A stretch of DNA of 64,000 nt from assembly GCA_030390025.1 (NCBI GenBank), contig CM059432.1, forward strand, positions 138,696,001 to 138,760,000, read 5' to 3'. Numbering within the stretch: position 1 is the stretch's first letter; each line of letters begins with the position of its first letter. Below are positions 23,650 through 36,129 of this stretch, piece after piece. The DNA comes from Squalus acanthias (taxonomy: Eukaryota). The position numbers and the translations under genes were made by a program. Under the pieces are notes generated by a model that made no database searches, was not told where the DNA came from, and saw only the letters and a program-made list of their open reading frames with translations.

Positions 23650-24070
23650 CTCATTTTCTCTTGTCAATTTTCTCCCCCTCCCTTCCTCCTTAATTCTTTG
23701 CTAGGAATGGGTGTGGTTTATCTCTAGGCCCTTGTCCAAGGCATTATTCAAGAGTTAACCTTGACAATGAGTGCTGCCAAGCTGTTCTACTATTACAGCC
23801 AAGCCCAATCAGCCAATGCCCATACACACATTTCTAGTTTGGGGGGGGCAGAGGGAGCGATCATTGGACAGAGATCAGGAACAGAAACCCTGACCATTTC
23901 CCCTTCCCTAACCAAGGGCCGCTAAGACCACCTTTAGCATCTCGACTGCTTCCCTGTTGAAATCACCGAGTTCAAACTTGGCATCCTTTCGATCTCGTGG
24001 CACAGCTGCTCAATGGATACACTCGCTCAGCTACGCAATGGATAAGCTTGCTGTGCTGCGGGGAGAGCCT
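23650..24070 (-). repeat. Old unclassified interspersed repeat (same family as 27590-27940)
   Basis: Weak similarity, by eye, to the reverse complement of the 27.6-kb copy. Confidence 0.4.
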
Positions 24071-24259
24071 CAGGATGACATTTGAACTAAATGGTCACGC
24101 CGTCACAGATTCCACTTGACATGTCATGGCACAACTGGGATTAATGAGTCCAGCAAAAAAAACGTCAGGACAGCAGTTTAATAAAAATGAGTCTCTTCCC
24201 ACTCCAAAACGTGGGGGAGGAAGCACAGAATGTGTCAATTATTTTCTAGTAGTGCAAAC

Positions 24260-25285
24260 TCTTTTTTGATACATATTAATGACCTGGACTTGGATATACA
24301 GGGCACAATCTCAAAGTTTGCAGATGACATGAAACTGGGAAATGTAGTAAACAATGAGAAGGATAGTAACAGACTTTCGGAGGACATAGACTGATGAAAT
24401 GGACTGACACGTGGCAGATGAAATTTAATACAGAGAAGTGCGAAGTGATACATTTTGGTGGGGAGAATGAGGAGAAGCAATATGAACTAAATGGTACAAT
24501 TTTAAAGGGGGTATAGGAACAGAGAGACTTTGGGGTGCTTCAAATCTTTGAAGGTGGCAGGAGAAGGTGAGAAGGCTGTTAAAAAAACACATGGGATCCT
24601 TGACTTTATTGATAGAAGAATAGAGTACCAAACGGTATTGGGAACGGTAGCACAGTGGTTATGTTACTGGACTAGGAATCCAGAGGCCTGAACTAATAAT
24701 CCAGCGACATGAGTTCAAATCCCACCATGGCAGCTGTGGAATTAAATTCAGTTAATAAAAAAATCTGGAATAAAAAGCTAGTATCACTAATGGTAACTAC
24801 CGGATTGCCATCTGGTTCACTAATGTCCTTTAGGGAAGGAAATCTGCCATCCTTACCTGATGTGGCCTATACTGCCCTCTGAAATGGTGGCGGCTCACCA
24901 CCACCTTCTCAAGAGCAATAAATGCTGGCCTCGCCAGCGACGCCCACACCCCATGAACAAACAAATAAAAAACAAAGGAAGCTATACTGGTTAGGCCTAA
25001 TCTGGAGTATTGTGTTCAATATGGAGAGGGTGCAGAAGACATTTACTAAAATGGTACCAGGGATGCTGGACTTCAGTTATGTGGAGAGACTGGAGTTAGA
25101 GTAAAAAAAATAAAGGAGGGTCGGTAACCAGAGGACACAGATTTTATTACATTTTATATTGTTGTGATCTGGAATGCACTGCCTGAAAGGGTGGTGGTGA
25201 ATTCAATAGTAGCATAGTACTTGAAGGAGAAAAAAATTACAGGACTGTGGGGAACAGACAGGGGAGTGGGATTAATTGGGTGATT
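24260..25285 (+). mobile_element. Degenerate CR1 RT/3' region interrupted by SINE B
   Basis: ISKFADD...WQMKFN...KC motifs; CR1 sequence resumes after 24970. Confidence 0.75.
24640..24970 (+). mobile_element. tRNA-derived SINE family B
   Basis: A/B-box-like head (ggtagcacagtggtt...gagttcaaatccc) and the body shared with 10305-10655. Confidence 0.7.
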
Positions 25286-25605
25286 TTAAACAGCTCGATC
25301 AAATCTCCTCTTAGTCTTCTCTGCACTAAGGCTAAAAAAATTGGGCAGATATTCCATAAGAGCTCTGCAAGTAAGCGCTTTCAAGTAAAGTAAAAATATC
25401 AGCATGTATCCCACCAGCACACCGGAGAGAAAAACTCGAGTCTTACTATAATAGATCTTAAGCTTACAAGCACTGAAAATTGAAAGGTAATTCAATAAAC
25501 TTCAATTTTGGTGACGATATGGGGATCCCACGGGAGCCGCCACAATGCTATCATATTGTATTGTATTGGAATTATGATGGCAGACCAATTGGCCAAGAGA
25601 TTCAG

Positions 25606-26042
25606 TTAGCCGAGGCTCAGTGGGTAGCATTCTTGTCTCTGAGTCAGAAGGCAGTGGATTCAAGCCCAACTCCAGAGATTTGAGCACAAAATCTAGGTTG
25701 ACACTTCAGTGCAGTACTGAGCTGCACTGTCGGAGGTGCTGTCTTTCAAATAAGACGTTAAACCAAGGTCCCTTCTGCCCTTACAGGTATACATTAAAGA
25801 AAAGAAGGGGAGATCTCCCCGGTGTCCTGGCCAATATTTATCCCTCAACCAACATCACTAAAACAGATGATCTGGTCGTTATCACATTGCTGTTTGTGGG
25901 AGCTTGCTATGCGTAAATTGGCTGCCGCGTTTCCTATATTACAACAGTGACTACACTTCAAATGTACTTCATTGGCTGTAAAGCGCTTTGGGAAATCCTG
26001 AGATTGTGAAAGGCGCTATATAATATGCAAGACTTTCTTTTT
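25606..26042 (+). mobile_element. DeuSINE, near full length
   Basis: Head, Deu core and tail. Confidence 0.85.
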
Positions 26043-26136
26043 CAGTTGATTAAGGTACAGATGCAGCTTGTGATTTGAAAATATGAAAGTGATACTGCAA
26101 TGGGGCCAAGAAATAGCAGGTAGTTAAAGACCTGGA

Positions 26137-26810
26137 ATAACAACAGAAAATGCTGGAAACACTCAACAGACCAGCCAGCATCCGTGGAGAGAGAAACAGA
26201 GTTAACGTTTCAGGTCTGGGACCCTTCATCAGAACTGGTAAAAGCTGGAGATGTAACAGATTTTAAACAGGTGTAGAGGCAGGGAGAGGGTGCGGGGGTG
26301 GGGGGGGGGGGGGGGGGGGGGGCGGCGGCGGTGGGAGGGGAGGAAGGAACTGAAGGAACAGTCTGTGCTAGGGTAGGAGGCAGGAAAAATAAAATGTTGC
26401 AAATGGGGATGGCAAAATAATACAGCCTGAAAAATGGGGGCAGAGGTTAGAGTCTGAAATTGTTGAACTCTATGTTGAGTCCAGAAGGCTGTAAAGTGCC
26501 TAATCGAAAGATGAGGTGCTGTTCTTCGAGCTTACGTTGAGCTTCATTGGAACAGTGTAAGAGGCCGAGGACGGTGAGGTCAGAGTGAGAGTGAAGCGGA
26601 GAATTAAAGTGACAGGCGACCTGAAGCTCAGGGTCACCCTTACGGACTGAACGGAGGTGTTCCGCAAAGCGGTCGCCCAATCTGCGTTTGGTCTCCCCAA
26701 TGTAGAGGAGACCGCATCGTGAGCAGCGAATACAGTATACTAAATTGCAAGAAGTACAAGTAAGGGGTGTTTGGGGCCCTGGACAGTGGGAGTCGGTAAA
26801 AGGGCAGGTG
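26137..26810 (-). mobile_element. 5'-truncated Penelope-like retroelement (GIY-YIG endonuclease end plus 3' terminus), 12-bp TSD
   Basis: NLVYCIRCSRCGLLYIGETKRRLGDRFAEH...HFN...LEEQHLIFRLGTLQPSGLN (stop at 26447). TAAAGACCTGGA is duplicated at 26125-26136 and 26811-26822. Confidence 0.92.
26200..26236 (-). ncRNA. Minimal type I hammerhead ribozyme motif in the Penelope terminus
   Basis: Minus strand reads AGUU-CUGAUGA-AGGGUCCCAGACCU-GAAAC-GUU-AACU: core boxes, stem II hairpin, palindromic mini stem III and 4-bp stem I. Confidence 0.72.
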
Positions 26811-27145
26811 TAAAGACCTGGAGTGGATTTACCTGTAATAACAGGGATCTTACTAATTGATACTGAATATCTGGTAATATTATTGGCACCAAAACCTGTG
26901 TGAAACAAGTATATGGACCACCATCAAAGTGAGGCCTGGTCCAGCTCCATCGCAACAAGACCTGGACCAGTCTAGCCCCACCAATAATGCAGTAAGTCCA
27001 GACCAGCAGCACCCCGCTATCACAGTGAGACACAGAGCAGCCCATGCCTCGGCCTAGCCCCAGCATCATCACAGCATGAATAGGTCCGCCCTGGACCTTT
27101 CACTATCACAGCAACATCTGGCGTCAGTGGACTAGTGTGGGAGGT

Positions 27146-27493
27146 GCGGCGGCCAATTTGCGCGCGGCAGGCTCCCACGGACAGCAATGTGGTGATGACC
27201 CGATGATCTGTTTTGGCGATGTTGGTTGAGGGATAAATACTGGCCAGAACACCGAGGAGAACTCCCCTGCTCTTCTTCGAAGTAGCGCTGTGGGATCTTT
27301 TGCGTTCAACTGGGAGGGCAGACGGGGCCTCGGTTTGGAGTCTCATCCGAGGGTCAGCACCTCCAGCGGTGTGGCGCTCCCTCAGTGCTGCACTGGAGTG
27401 ACAGCCTAGATTTGTGTTCAAGTCTCTGGAGTGGGTCTTGAACCCACAACCTTCTGACTCAGAGGCGAGAGTGCTACCCACTGAGCCACGGCT
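27146..27493 (-). mobile_element. DeuSINE lacking tail
   Basis: Head plus Deu core. Confidence 0.85.
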
Positions 27494-27589
27494 CTCACTC
27501 ACATAGAGGGAAAAGAATTCTTTGATGGCACGGGCAACCTTTTAAAAAGCACGGAAGAGTTCTCCCGTTAATTCAATGAGTGTATCCAG

Positions 27590-27940
27590 TTGGGAACTGA
27601 GCCATGTAGATCACAAAGGTGTCAATCTGATCCTGGTCTGTGCTGAGTGAGCTGATCTCAGCTGGGAGGAGGCGGGGGAGGGGTAATAAGGGGTGCTAAA
27701 TTTGGGCTCAGTAGTCTTGGGTTAGGATGGGGAAAATCAGCTGAGGCTTCCATTGCTCATCGTTGTCCAGCGACCCTTGTTGACACTAGATGAGGAAAGG
27801 CTGTGATTCCCCACATGCCAATGCTCATGTAGAGGCTTTACACATGAATAAGTAGCCCCTTCGGCAAGGTACTGGCGCTGCCCAGTGCCAATAGAACCTT
27901 AACCATCCAAGAGGCAACATCTTCAGGAGAGGAGGAGGTG
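27590..27940 (+). repeat. Old unclassified interspersed repeat
   Basis: tgagctgatctcagc...ggggaaaatcagc...ctcatcgttgtccagcgaccc, shared with 4030-4150. Confidence 0.5.
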
Positions 27941-27984
27941 GGAGAAAGAAATCAGCATTTATAAATAAAAAGTCAGAGAGAAAG

Positions 27985-28336
27985 ACATTAAGGAGTAAAA
28001 TTGAAGGGCTTTGATGGAGTAAATAAGGAGAAAGTGTTTCTACTGGCAGGAGGGTCAGTAACCAGAGGTCGCAGATTTAAGATAATTGGGGAGATGAGGA
28101 GAAATTTATTTACGCAGCGAGTTGTTCTGATCTGGAATGCACTCCCTGAAGCGGTGGTGGAAGTGGATTCAGTCGTAAATTTCAAAAGGGAATTGAATAT
28201 ATACTTGAAAAGGAAAAAATTTGCAGGGCTATGGGGGAAAGAGCAGGGGAGTAGGACTCATTGGAGAGCTCTTTCACAGAGCTGGCACAGGCACGATGGG
28301 CCGAATGGCCTCCTTTTGTGCTGTACGATTCTATGA
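27985..28336 (+). mobile_element. CR1 3' fragment
   Basis: TRGRRFKIIG...RNLFTQRVVLIWNALP plus 3' UTR. Confidence 0.85.
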
Positions 28337-28511
28337 CTGTCAATACAGTGAACCAGAGGCCGTAATCAGCCTGTCCCTTGGCTGCGAGTGAAAGCAGCAC
28401 CAATAGAGACAAGGAGAAGATCGAGACAGAGAAAGACAGACAGAGAGATGCAAACACTAGAGTATACTGCAGTGTTGCAGCAGACCTGTGTTTGCCCACA
28501 GGCAGTGGTAT

Positions 28512-28880
28512 TAGGGTAGCCAACCCTCCAGGATTACCCTGGAGTCTCCAGGATTTTCAAGGTTAATTTCCAGGACACTGCTGGGAGCAACCAGGAGAAA
28601 AATCATAGGGGTATTAAAAAAAATTGTTTTCTTTCAACACTTTAGTTTATTAGTTATAAAAACGTTGGGAGTTGGGAAAGAAGAGGCTGTTTGACAGTCA
28701 ACAATCATCCAATCAGGTAACGAAGAGCCTGTTCGCTCTCCAATTAGCCGTGGGAAGGTTTGGCACCGTGAGAATGGTTATGTTGGGTGGCCAATGGGGC
28801 GGGGAGGGGGGGGCAGTTGGAGGGGGGCGATCACGCGATGAAACCTCCAGGATTTCTACCCGCCAGTGTTAGCAACCCCT
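28512..28880 (+). mobile_element. hAT-type MITE (tagggttgcca TIR family)
   Basis: Termini tagggtagccaac / gttagcaaccc; collinear with the inverted copy at 34596-35071. Confidence 0.7.
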
Positions 28881-28934
28881 CAGGTTTATGGGGAATTAAC
28901 CAGTATCAGGTTTTTAAAAAGCTGGACGTGTAAT

Positions 28935-29100
28935 GAAAAGAGAACATTTTGGAAATGCGCAGCAGACAATCAGCATCCAGAATAGAAAACTAGGTTAGCG
29001 TTTCAGATGTGTCACTTCACCAGAACCTTATTTGCTGGCTATTTCTAGAAATTTCATTTTTTTTTAAATTTCAGATTACTACCATTTGTGGGTTTCCTGC
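28935..29100. mobile_element. Old degenerate Penelope terminus
   Basis: ggaaatgcgcagcag...gttagcgtttcag...cttcaccagaac, then an inverted tttcagatt arm. Confidence 0.45.
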
Positions 29101-29899
29101 CTTTTTTTTCCTCTGCAGTGAATGTTTGATTTAAAAGTCTAATAATACCAATTCAGTGCAACCGCTTTATTTTATTAGGCCTTTATACTAAAGCAAAAAA
29201 AAAAATACTGGCCTTTTGTAATTATTATTCTACTTGAGTACTCAAAATAGCTTTCAGCGTGTCAGAAGCAGTTTGAGACCGAGCGGAGATTATAAAGGTA
29301 GATTACTCACCTTTAGGTAAGTAATCAATCTTACAATAAATGTATCCTCTACATGCCATTGGTATGTTAGACAACCTAATGGGAAAAAATCAGAAATGAT
29401 GTCTGACTTTCTTTTGCTGTTGGCTATTTTTGTGTCCTCCTTTGGTCTTTCTTCATCGCGCAGTCCTGCAGCAAGTGAGCTGCCCCTGTGCCCTTTCCCA
29501 TTTCACCTATGATCAGCAATGGGGTGCTACATTAAAGCAGACCAAAGCTATTGGTCCGCTAATATTCTCTCTGCAGAATTTGCCTGGGATGAGGAATTGC
29601 GTGAATAAATTCTCAGCCTACCACTCTACAATTCTGGGATCACGCAGGCATAGATGATGTGATTGTTATGCATTTTGGGAACATTTGGGAATTTTGGCCA
29701 TCATCACTGACTTGCATCAAACTGGTGGCACTAGTCCAGCTTTGTAATTTCACACAGTGGGGCTGATTATAAATTTAGGCGTCCGTTGTGACCGCTGGGA
29801 GGTCCAGGCCATTTTGAAGCCAGGGCCTCGTTTGCATCCAGCCGCCAACGTATAAACGCCAAGCTAGCGCTTCAAGGCAGCTCACTGGTTGGGGAGGGT

Positions 29900-30430
29900 A
29901 AAAAGAGACTTGCATTTCTATTGTGTTTTTCACCACCTCAGGACGTCCCAAAGAGCTTTACAGCCAATGAAGTACTTTCTGACGTCTAGTCACTGTTGTA
30001 ATGTAGGCAACGTGGCAGCCAAATTGCACACAGCAAGGTCCCACAAAGAGCAATGTGATAGTGATCTGATTATCTGTTTTTAGTGATGTTGGTTGAGGGA
30101 TAAATATTGGGCTGGACCTCCTCTGCTCTTCTTCAAAATAGTGCCATGGGATCTTTTATGTCCACCTGAGAGGGCAGATGAGGCCTCGGTTTAACGTCTC
30201 ATCTGAAAGACGGCACCTCCGACAGTGCAGCACTCCCTCAGCACTGCACTGGGAGTGTCAGCCTGAATGATGCGCTCAGGTCTCTAGAGTGGGACTTGAA
30301 CCCATAACCCTCTGACTCAAAGGTGAGAGTGCTACCCACGAGCCATGGCTGACACCAAGGCTCTGAGGTCTTGAGACGTCCTGAGGTCGTGAAAGGCACT
30401 ATATAAATGAAAGTCTTTCTTCCTTTTTTT
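29900..30430 (-). mobile_element. Full-length DeuSINE followed by an inverted second tail (30365-30430)
   Basis: Head at 30356, Deu core and tail. Confidence 0.85.
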
Positions 30431-30431
30431 C

Positions 30432-30775
30432 TTGCAGATGGTGGATAGGCTTTGAGGGGTAGGGGAGTGCGACACTCATCAGAGTAGCCAGCCTCTGCCC
30501 TGCTCATGTAGCCAGAGTGTTGAGATGGCTGGTCCTGTTCAGCTCCTGATCAATGGTGGCCCCCCCAAGATGGTGATGATGGGGAAATTTGGCAATGGTG
30601 GTACCATTGAAGGTTGGTGGAGATTATTACCTGATCCTTATGTGGCATGAATGTTGCCTGCCACTTGTCAGCCCAAGCCTGGGTATTGTCCAGGTCCTGC
30701 TGTAGGCTTGTGCTTTGTCATCAGAGGAGTTGTGAATGTACCTGAGCACTGTGGAATCTTCAGCGAAAAACCCCA
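30432..30775 (-). mobile_element. Degenerate RT-region fragment of the LINE family seen at 15221
   Basis: cttgtcagcccaagcctgggtattgtccaggtc is the reverse complement of the DIQAWADKW-coding block. Confidence 0.7.
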
Positions 30776-33700
30776 CGTGTCCCAAAATGCATGGGAATGA
30801 AGCACCTCTGGATTTTTGACCAGATTATGGCAATTATGCCTGCATGATCCCAGAATTGTGGAAGTAAAATATGTTCCATTATTTAGGAAATTACAAAAGA
30901 AACAGCAATATACAGTATGTTTTACTCTCCGTTCTCTAGCCTAGTCCTCCTACTTGGAAAAAGCACAGCTAATCACTACTACCAAACAAATAGTTCATTG
31001 ATGTCACTTTCGCAAACTAACTGTAATGAGATGTTGTACTAATTCAGCTCTCTGTGTATATATATATATATATGTGTATTTGTAAGTTGAGGAATAAAAT
31101 CTTGTATCTTGTGAAATGATTTTCCTCACAACTATGTATTTACAGAGCCTTGCCTCAAAGTAACATGAATTCAGCTTCAAGAACAAAGAGTTGGCTGAGG
31201 CTGGCGATTTGGCTGATTCCAGATCCTGCTATTGAATCAGGATCATAGTTGTAGGAGTCCATTAAGCAAATTCCTTTTGTTAGAAAGGGGGTAAGATTCA
31301 GGACTACCTGCATTGCACAGGATTATGGTGCCGGCCATGGCTCAGTGGGGAGCGCTCTCGCCTCTCCCGAGTCAGAAGGTTGTGGGTTCGAGCCCCAGGC
31401 AATGATCCCATGGCGCCAATGCTCCCTGTAACGTACGAGGGACTAACGAGTGAACCAATGCTCCCTCCAGATTGACTAAGCTCCTTTTAGTGATCAGTCG
31501 GGGTGGTTTGCTTGAGGCAGGAGTGACATTTGCAGGAGTGTTTTACGTGGCATATACGAGAATCTACAGCCGGTCTGCAGGCCCATCTCCTGTGGGTGAA
31601 GCTATATTACCTTCAAGGTGCTGTTCTCCAAGGTGAGTCAAGAAACTTGCGCAACCAATAGCAAAACTGCAGTATGTCAGCAGACTGCAAAAACTGGCGA
31701 GTGTACACTTGACAGATGAAATGGCTGATGGCAGAACACGCAGATTCTGAAGCCCTGGGGGGGGGGGGGGGGGGGGCATTAATCGAAGTGCAGAGGAGTT
31801 CAAACAAAGGGCACCAAGCATGTTGCGGTCTGCAACAAAGGTAGGTCCAAATTATGCAAGTGATCTGTGTCATTAATAGTTGCAATGGTTTCACGGGGGA
31901 GTGAAATGGGCCATCAGGTCAGAACGAAACTTTAAACCTTTGCTAACACGAAAAACAATAAATCTGTGATTGTTGGCAAGCAGGCAGTGGCTTATTGCCA
32001 ATGGCAAGAAAAGAACTACAGGGAGTAACCTGAAGGATGGAGTTAGACACGCCACAGGAACGGTCATGTGACATAATGGTAATGTCAAAAAGAGTCTTAA
32101 AGTGACCGTGATTCTATCATTTTCCCTCCGCTGAAGACCTGGGTTGCTTATTTAGTATCATCGGTTTGACAATTAATGAATGAAGAAAAGACATGAAGGC
32201 AAAAATAGATAGGAAGCACATAATGAAGAATATAGGAAAGTAAGAAAGGAAATAGAAGAAATGATAAAAGAGTCATAAGAAAGAATGAAAAGAAGCTAAG
32301 TGGATAATCCCAACTCACCCCAGTGCATCCATTAAATAGTACTTGGAATTCCAAAATACTTCTGGGACGGTGACTAAGGAATGAAATATTACGCCCTGTA
32401 AGAATTCTAATGCTTGCCCTGCTCTTTCCACCAATGTGGTAAAGGCGAGATAGAGATGAAAAACACACTGAAGCAGTTATTGATCAGGTGCTCAGTCTGC
32501 TCCCTGGTGAGTACCGAACGAGTGTGAGGATCATTCAAGTAAAGCTGTGTCAAGGGAGCTGTGACAATGCACTTACAACCAATTACAGAAATTATTTGTG
32601 TAACTTATGATCACCAAAAGATAACCCTTTAACCTATAAAGATTTTCTAATAAGTTCATTTCCCAAACCATTGAAGCTTGTTTTGCACTCTGTTTCTTTG
32701 TCTACATATCATTTTGCAACGACACTAGCAAAAGGAAAACTTTTGTCTCTTTCATTAACATGCATGCATCGATCATCCTAAACTACGTAAACTTTAATAC
32801 CTCTGTAAAATAAATATGCAAACATACCATAAAATGTCTCGATATGGAAATCTGGCAAGAAACTGAAAGCATAGAGCTTAAAATTGCTTCTATGGAAATA
32901 CTAGAAAAAATGTCAAAAGGTATTTGTATATATGAGTTATAGAGACATTTGAAAACTTTTTGAAATTCATTGCATTTAAAATCTCAAAGACTTTCTGCAG
33001 CACAAATACTGAAACTACTAACACGGTCTAACACGTGTATATTAGAAAATCATTGTACATAATTACTTTTATGAAAATTAACAATGTGATTGATCGGCAT
33101 TCTCATCACATTCTCGGCAGCAAGGTGTCTGTGTAACAATAAGGATCTGCTCAACACTTCAGCTAAAGGTTCTTTATCACTTGTACATCAGTAGGAGTGA
33201 TGAGAGATGTCCCATGATTCTAGCAGTCCTCGTTTGATGGCTCCACATGCTAATTACAGCACTAATTATGGTTCCTGAATATCCAAATGAAGTAAGCAGT
33301 CTCTGGGAGGTAACAGGCACAAATCTCAGGGATTGAGAAAATACCGGGTACGGAACTCATCAACACACACTGACACATTGCAAAAGATTTTTAAAAAGTA
33401 GACGTGAAAGAATGATCACCAATAATAATTAGCGTAGTATGTGGAAAAATATATTCTTTTATACCAACAACCTCATAAAGGTTACAAAGAGGGCTGAAGG
33501 TAAGCAGGTTTAATTCATGGCTTCTTCTTTTGTTATTAGGAAACCATAATTGTTCCTAATAATTAGCATCAGAATACATCACAAGCTGACAACAAAATTA
33601 TAGAAATCTTCATATTCAAATACTCTAAGCTTGCTATTACAAACAGTTTCTGATTAAAACCCATTAGTTGAAGTGTTGACGAGTTCTTGATTGCCAGCGA

Positions 33701-34476
33701 GTAACCCAGCAGTGTAAATGTGAATTAAGCCCAAGTGTAAGTGTTCCTGTTAACTCGGTGATATTTTTGAAAATGTTTGCCTGACAACTGCTGATGTTTT
33801 ACTCAATACAAAAAAAAAGGTGATGCCTTAACATTTGGAATAACACGTCTTTGTACTGTTGGTTACATCAATACCACCATTTTTGTTTAAGCACTTAAGT
33901 ACTGTAATTATTGTTATTTTTTTTTGTTCTCTTCCCTCCCTTTGTTTTGTTAAAGATCCCTCACCATCCCTGCTATTCCTCCTTCAGCTGACAGAACAGA
34001 ATGGTCTGGGCCATCAGCTTCTCCACAGCCCTTCAGAGACTAACACACTGCTGGTGTACCTTTTATGGGGGCTGTGCGGCTTCCGCTAGTTTCTGTTCAT
34101 CCCTTTCTCCCCCATCCCACCTCCCATTCCTACCTCCCAAGAAGATAGAGTGCTCCAAGATGTCATTCATTGCTCAGAAGACCTGCAGCAGACCCAGAAG
34201 CCTGCAAGGCTCACTAGGTATGCCAGTTCAAATGTCGACCAAGATTAGAATTCGACATGGAACACCTGTGCTGGCCTTCCAATGCCAGTCTACAGCTAAC
34301 ATTACCAGATTGTAACACCATTGTTTTGAATGTGTTTTAGATTTTTCACATCAAGCATGTTGTCCGATATCAGTAATTATTTTCCAGTTAAGAATAAACA
34401 TTTGTGCTATATGTTGGAGCATTCAATAGAGGATACATGCAGAGAAAGAGTGGCTTAAAGAAAACAGACTACCAAG

Positions 34477-34562
34477 CAATGTTCCCTCGAATATTTTTTT
34501 TGGTATTTTTTTTAATGGATCTCTAGACCACCGTGCAGCCGCACAGCTTAACAGGAAAATTG
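34477..34562. mobile_element. 86-bp hAT mini-MITE with perfect 8-bp TSD
   Basis: CTACCAAG at 34469-34476 and 34563-34570; termini caatgttccct / aggaaaattg. Confidence 0.8.
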
Positions 34563-34595
34563 CTACCAAGTGTTGCCAGCTACATAACTCATGAG

Positions 34596-35071
34596 TAGGG
34601 TTGCCAACTCTGGTCGGATGTATTCCTGGAGGTTTCATCACATGACCTCCCGCCTTGACCCGCCCCGCCCCCACACTCCCGCCATTGGTCCGTACTCCAG
34701 GGGCACTGCCTTCCCACGGCCAATTGGAAAAGGAACAGACTCTGTTACCCAATTGGATTAATCTTGACCGTTAGTGAAACAGACAACTTCCCCCATCGCC
34801 AATATTTTTATAACTAATAAATGAACGAGAAAAAAAAACACAATTTGGTTAAATGCCCTGGTGATTTTTCTCCAGGGTTTGCTCACAGCAATGTCCTGGA
34901 GTACAGACCAATGATGGGAGTGTGGGGGCGGGGCGATTCAAGGCAGGAGGTCATGTGATGAAACCTCCAGGAATATATCCGACCAGAGTTGGCAACCCTA
35001 CTCATGAGTTATGTAGCTGGTACTTCAATTCCTGGAGACTCCAAGCCAATCCTGGAGGGTTGGCAACCCCA
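34596..35071 (-). mobile_element. hAT-type MITE carrying an internal inverted duplication
   Basis: TIRs tagggttgccaac / gttggcaacccca; flanks ctcatgag / ctcctaag (6/8 match). Confidence 0.78.
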
Positions 35072-35585
35072 CTCCTAAGTGATGCAGGAACAAATGATGG
35101 TTTGTGCATAATGCCCAATGCAACTGTGTATTTGACAGAATACGTATGCACAATTCAGTAGTGTATTTGTCTAAGCTGTTTGAACAGTTTCAAACATTGT
35201 TTTGAATCCATTTACTCTTCTGGTTTTGTTGTGATATTACTGAGGTCAGCTGATGTCATTCAGCACACATTCTTAAGCAATTAATGACGTGGTTTGCATA
35301 AGGAATTAGCACTGGTGCGGTTGTGGTGTGGCCATGTTTTGCTTCATCAAATTTGCAAGTCTATTAATCTGAACGTTATTATTTCTGATGCACTGATGAG
35401 CCTGCTGTATCTTTAAAGTATCCAAACATATTGCCATATTATTTGATGAATCTGGTTATATATTCTATCTGTGTGTAGAAATCCTACTGCAATACTCAGA
35501 TAATTGTGGTCTTGAATGTTAAAGGTGGGTATACATAAAAGGAAATTCCTCATGACACTTCAATGCAGTAACTAATATATTATAG

Positions 35586-35988
35586 AAGAACAACTTGCAT
35601 TTATATAGCACCTTGCACATCCTCAGGATGTCCTAAAGCACCTTCACAGCAGCCAATTTATGCACAGGAAGGATCTACATCAGTGAGCTACATGACCAGT
35701 TATTCTATTTTTAGTGATGTTGGTTGAGGGATAAATGTTGGCCAGGATACAGGGAGAACTCCCCTGCTTTCCACTGAATAGCGCCATGAGCTCTTTTACA
35801 TCCACCTGAACAGGCAGACGGGCCTTGGTTTGACCTCTCACCTGACGCCATCTCCCACAGTGCAGCACTCCCTCAGTACTGCACTGGGAGTGTCAGCCTA
35901 GATTACATCCTCAAGTCTCTGGGGTGGGGCTCGAACCCACAACCTTCTGATTTAGAGGCCAGAGTGCTACCAAGTGAGCCAAGCTGAT
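35586..35988 (-). mobile_element. DeuSINE (diverged)
   Basis: Head, Deu core and tail. Confidence 0.8.
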
Positions 35989-36129
35989 ACGTTTTTTATA
36001 ACTATTTTGTACTTCCTATTTAATAAAGGCGTACCCGATCCTTATAGTTTCAGCTGTTCTCAATTCCACTCAGCTTTTTGTTTTCTACAAGACTGTACAC
36101 CATTTTGTACAAAGCAGTAAAGAAAATGA

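Noticed and set aside
26297..26322. Long poly-G runs (also ~31756, ~39337, ~52842) as functional G-quadruplexes
   Set aside because: Simple homopolymer expansions of uncertain assembled length; no further evidence.
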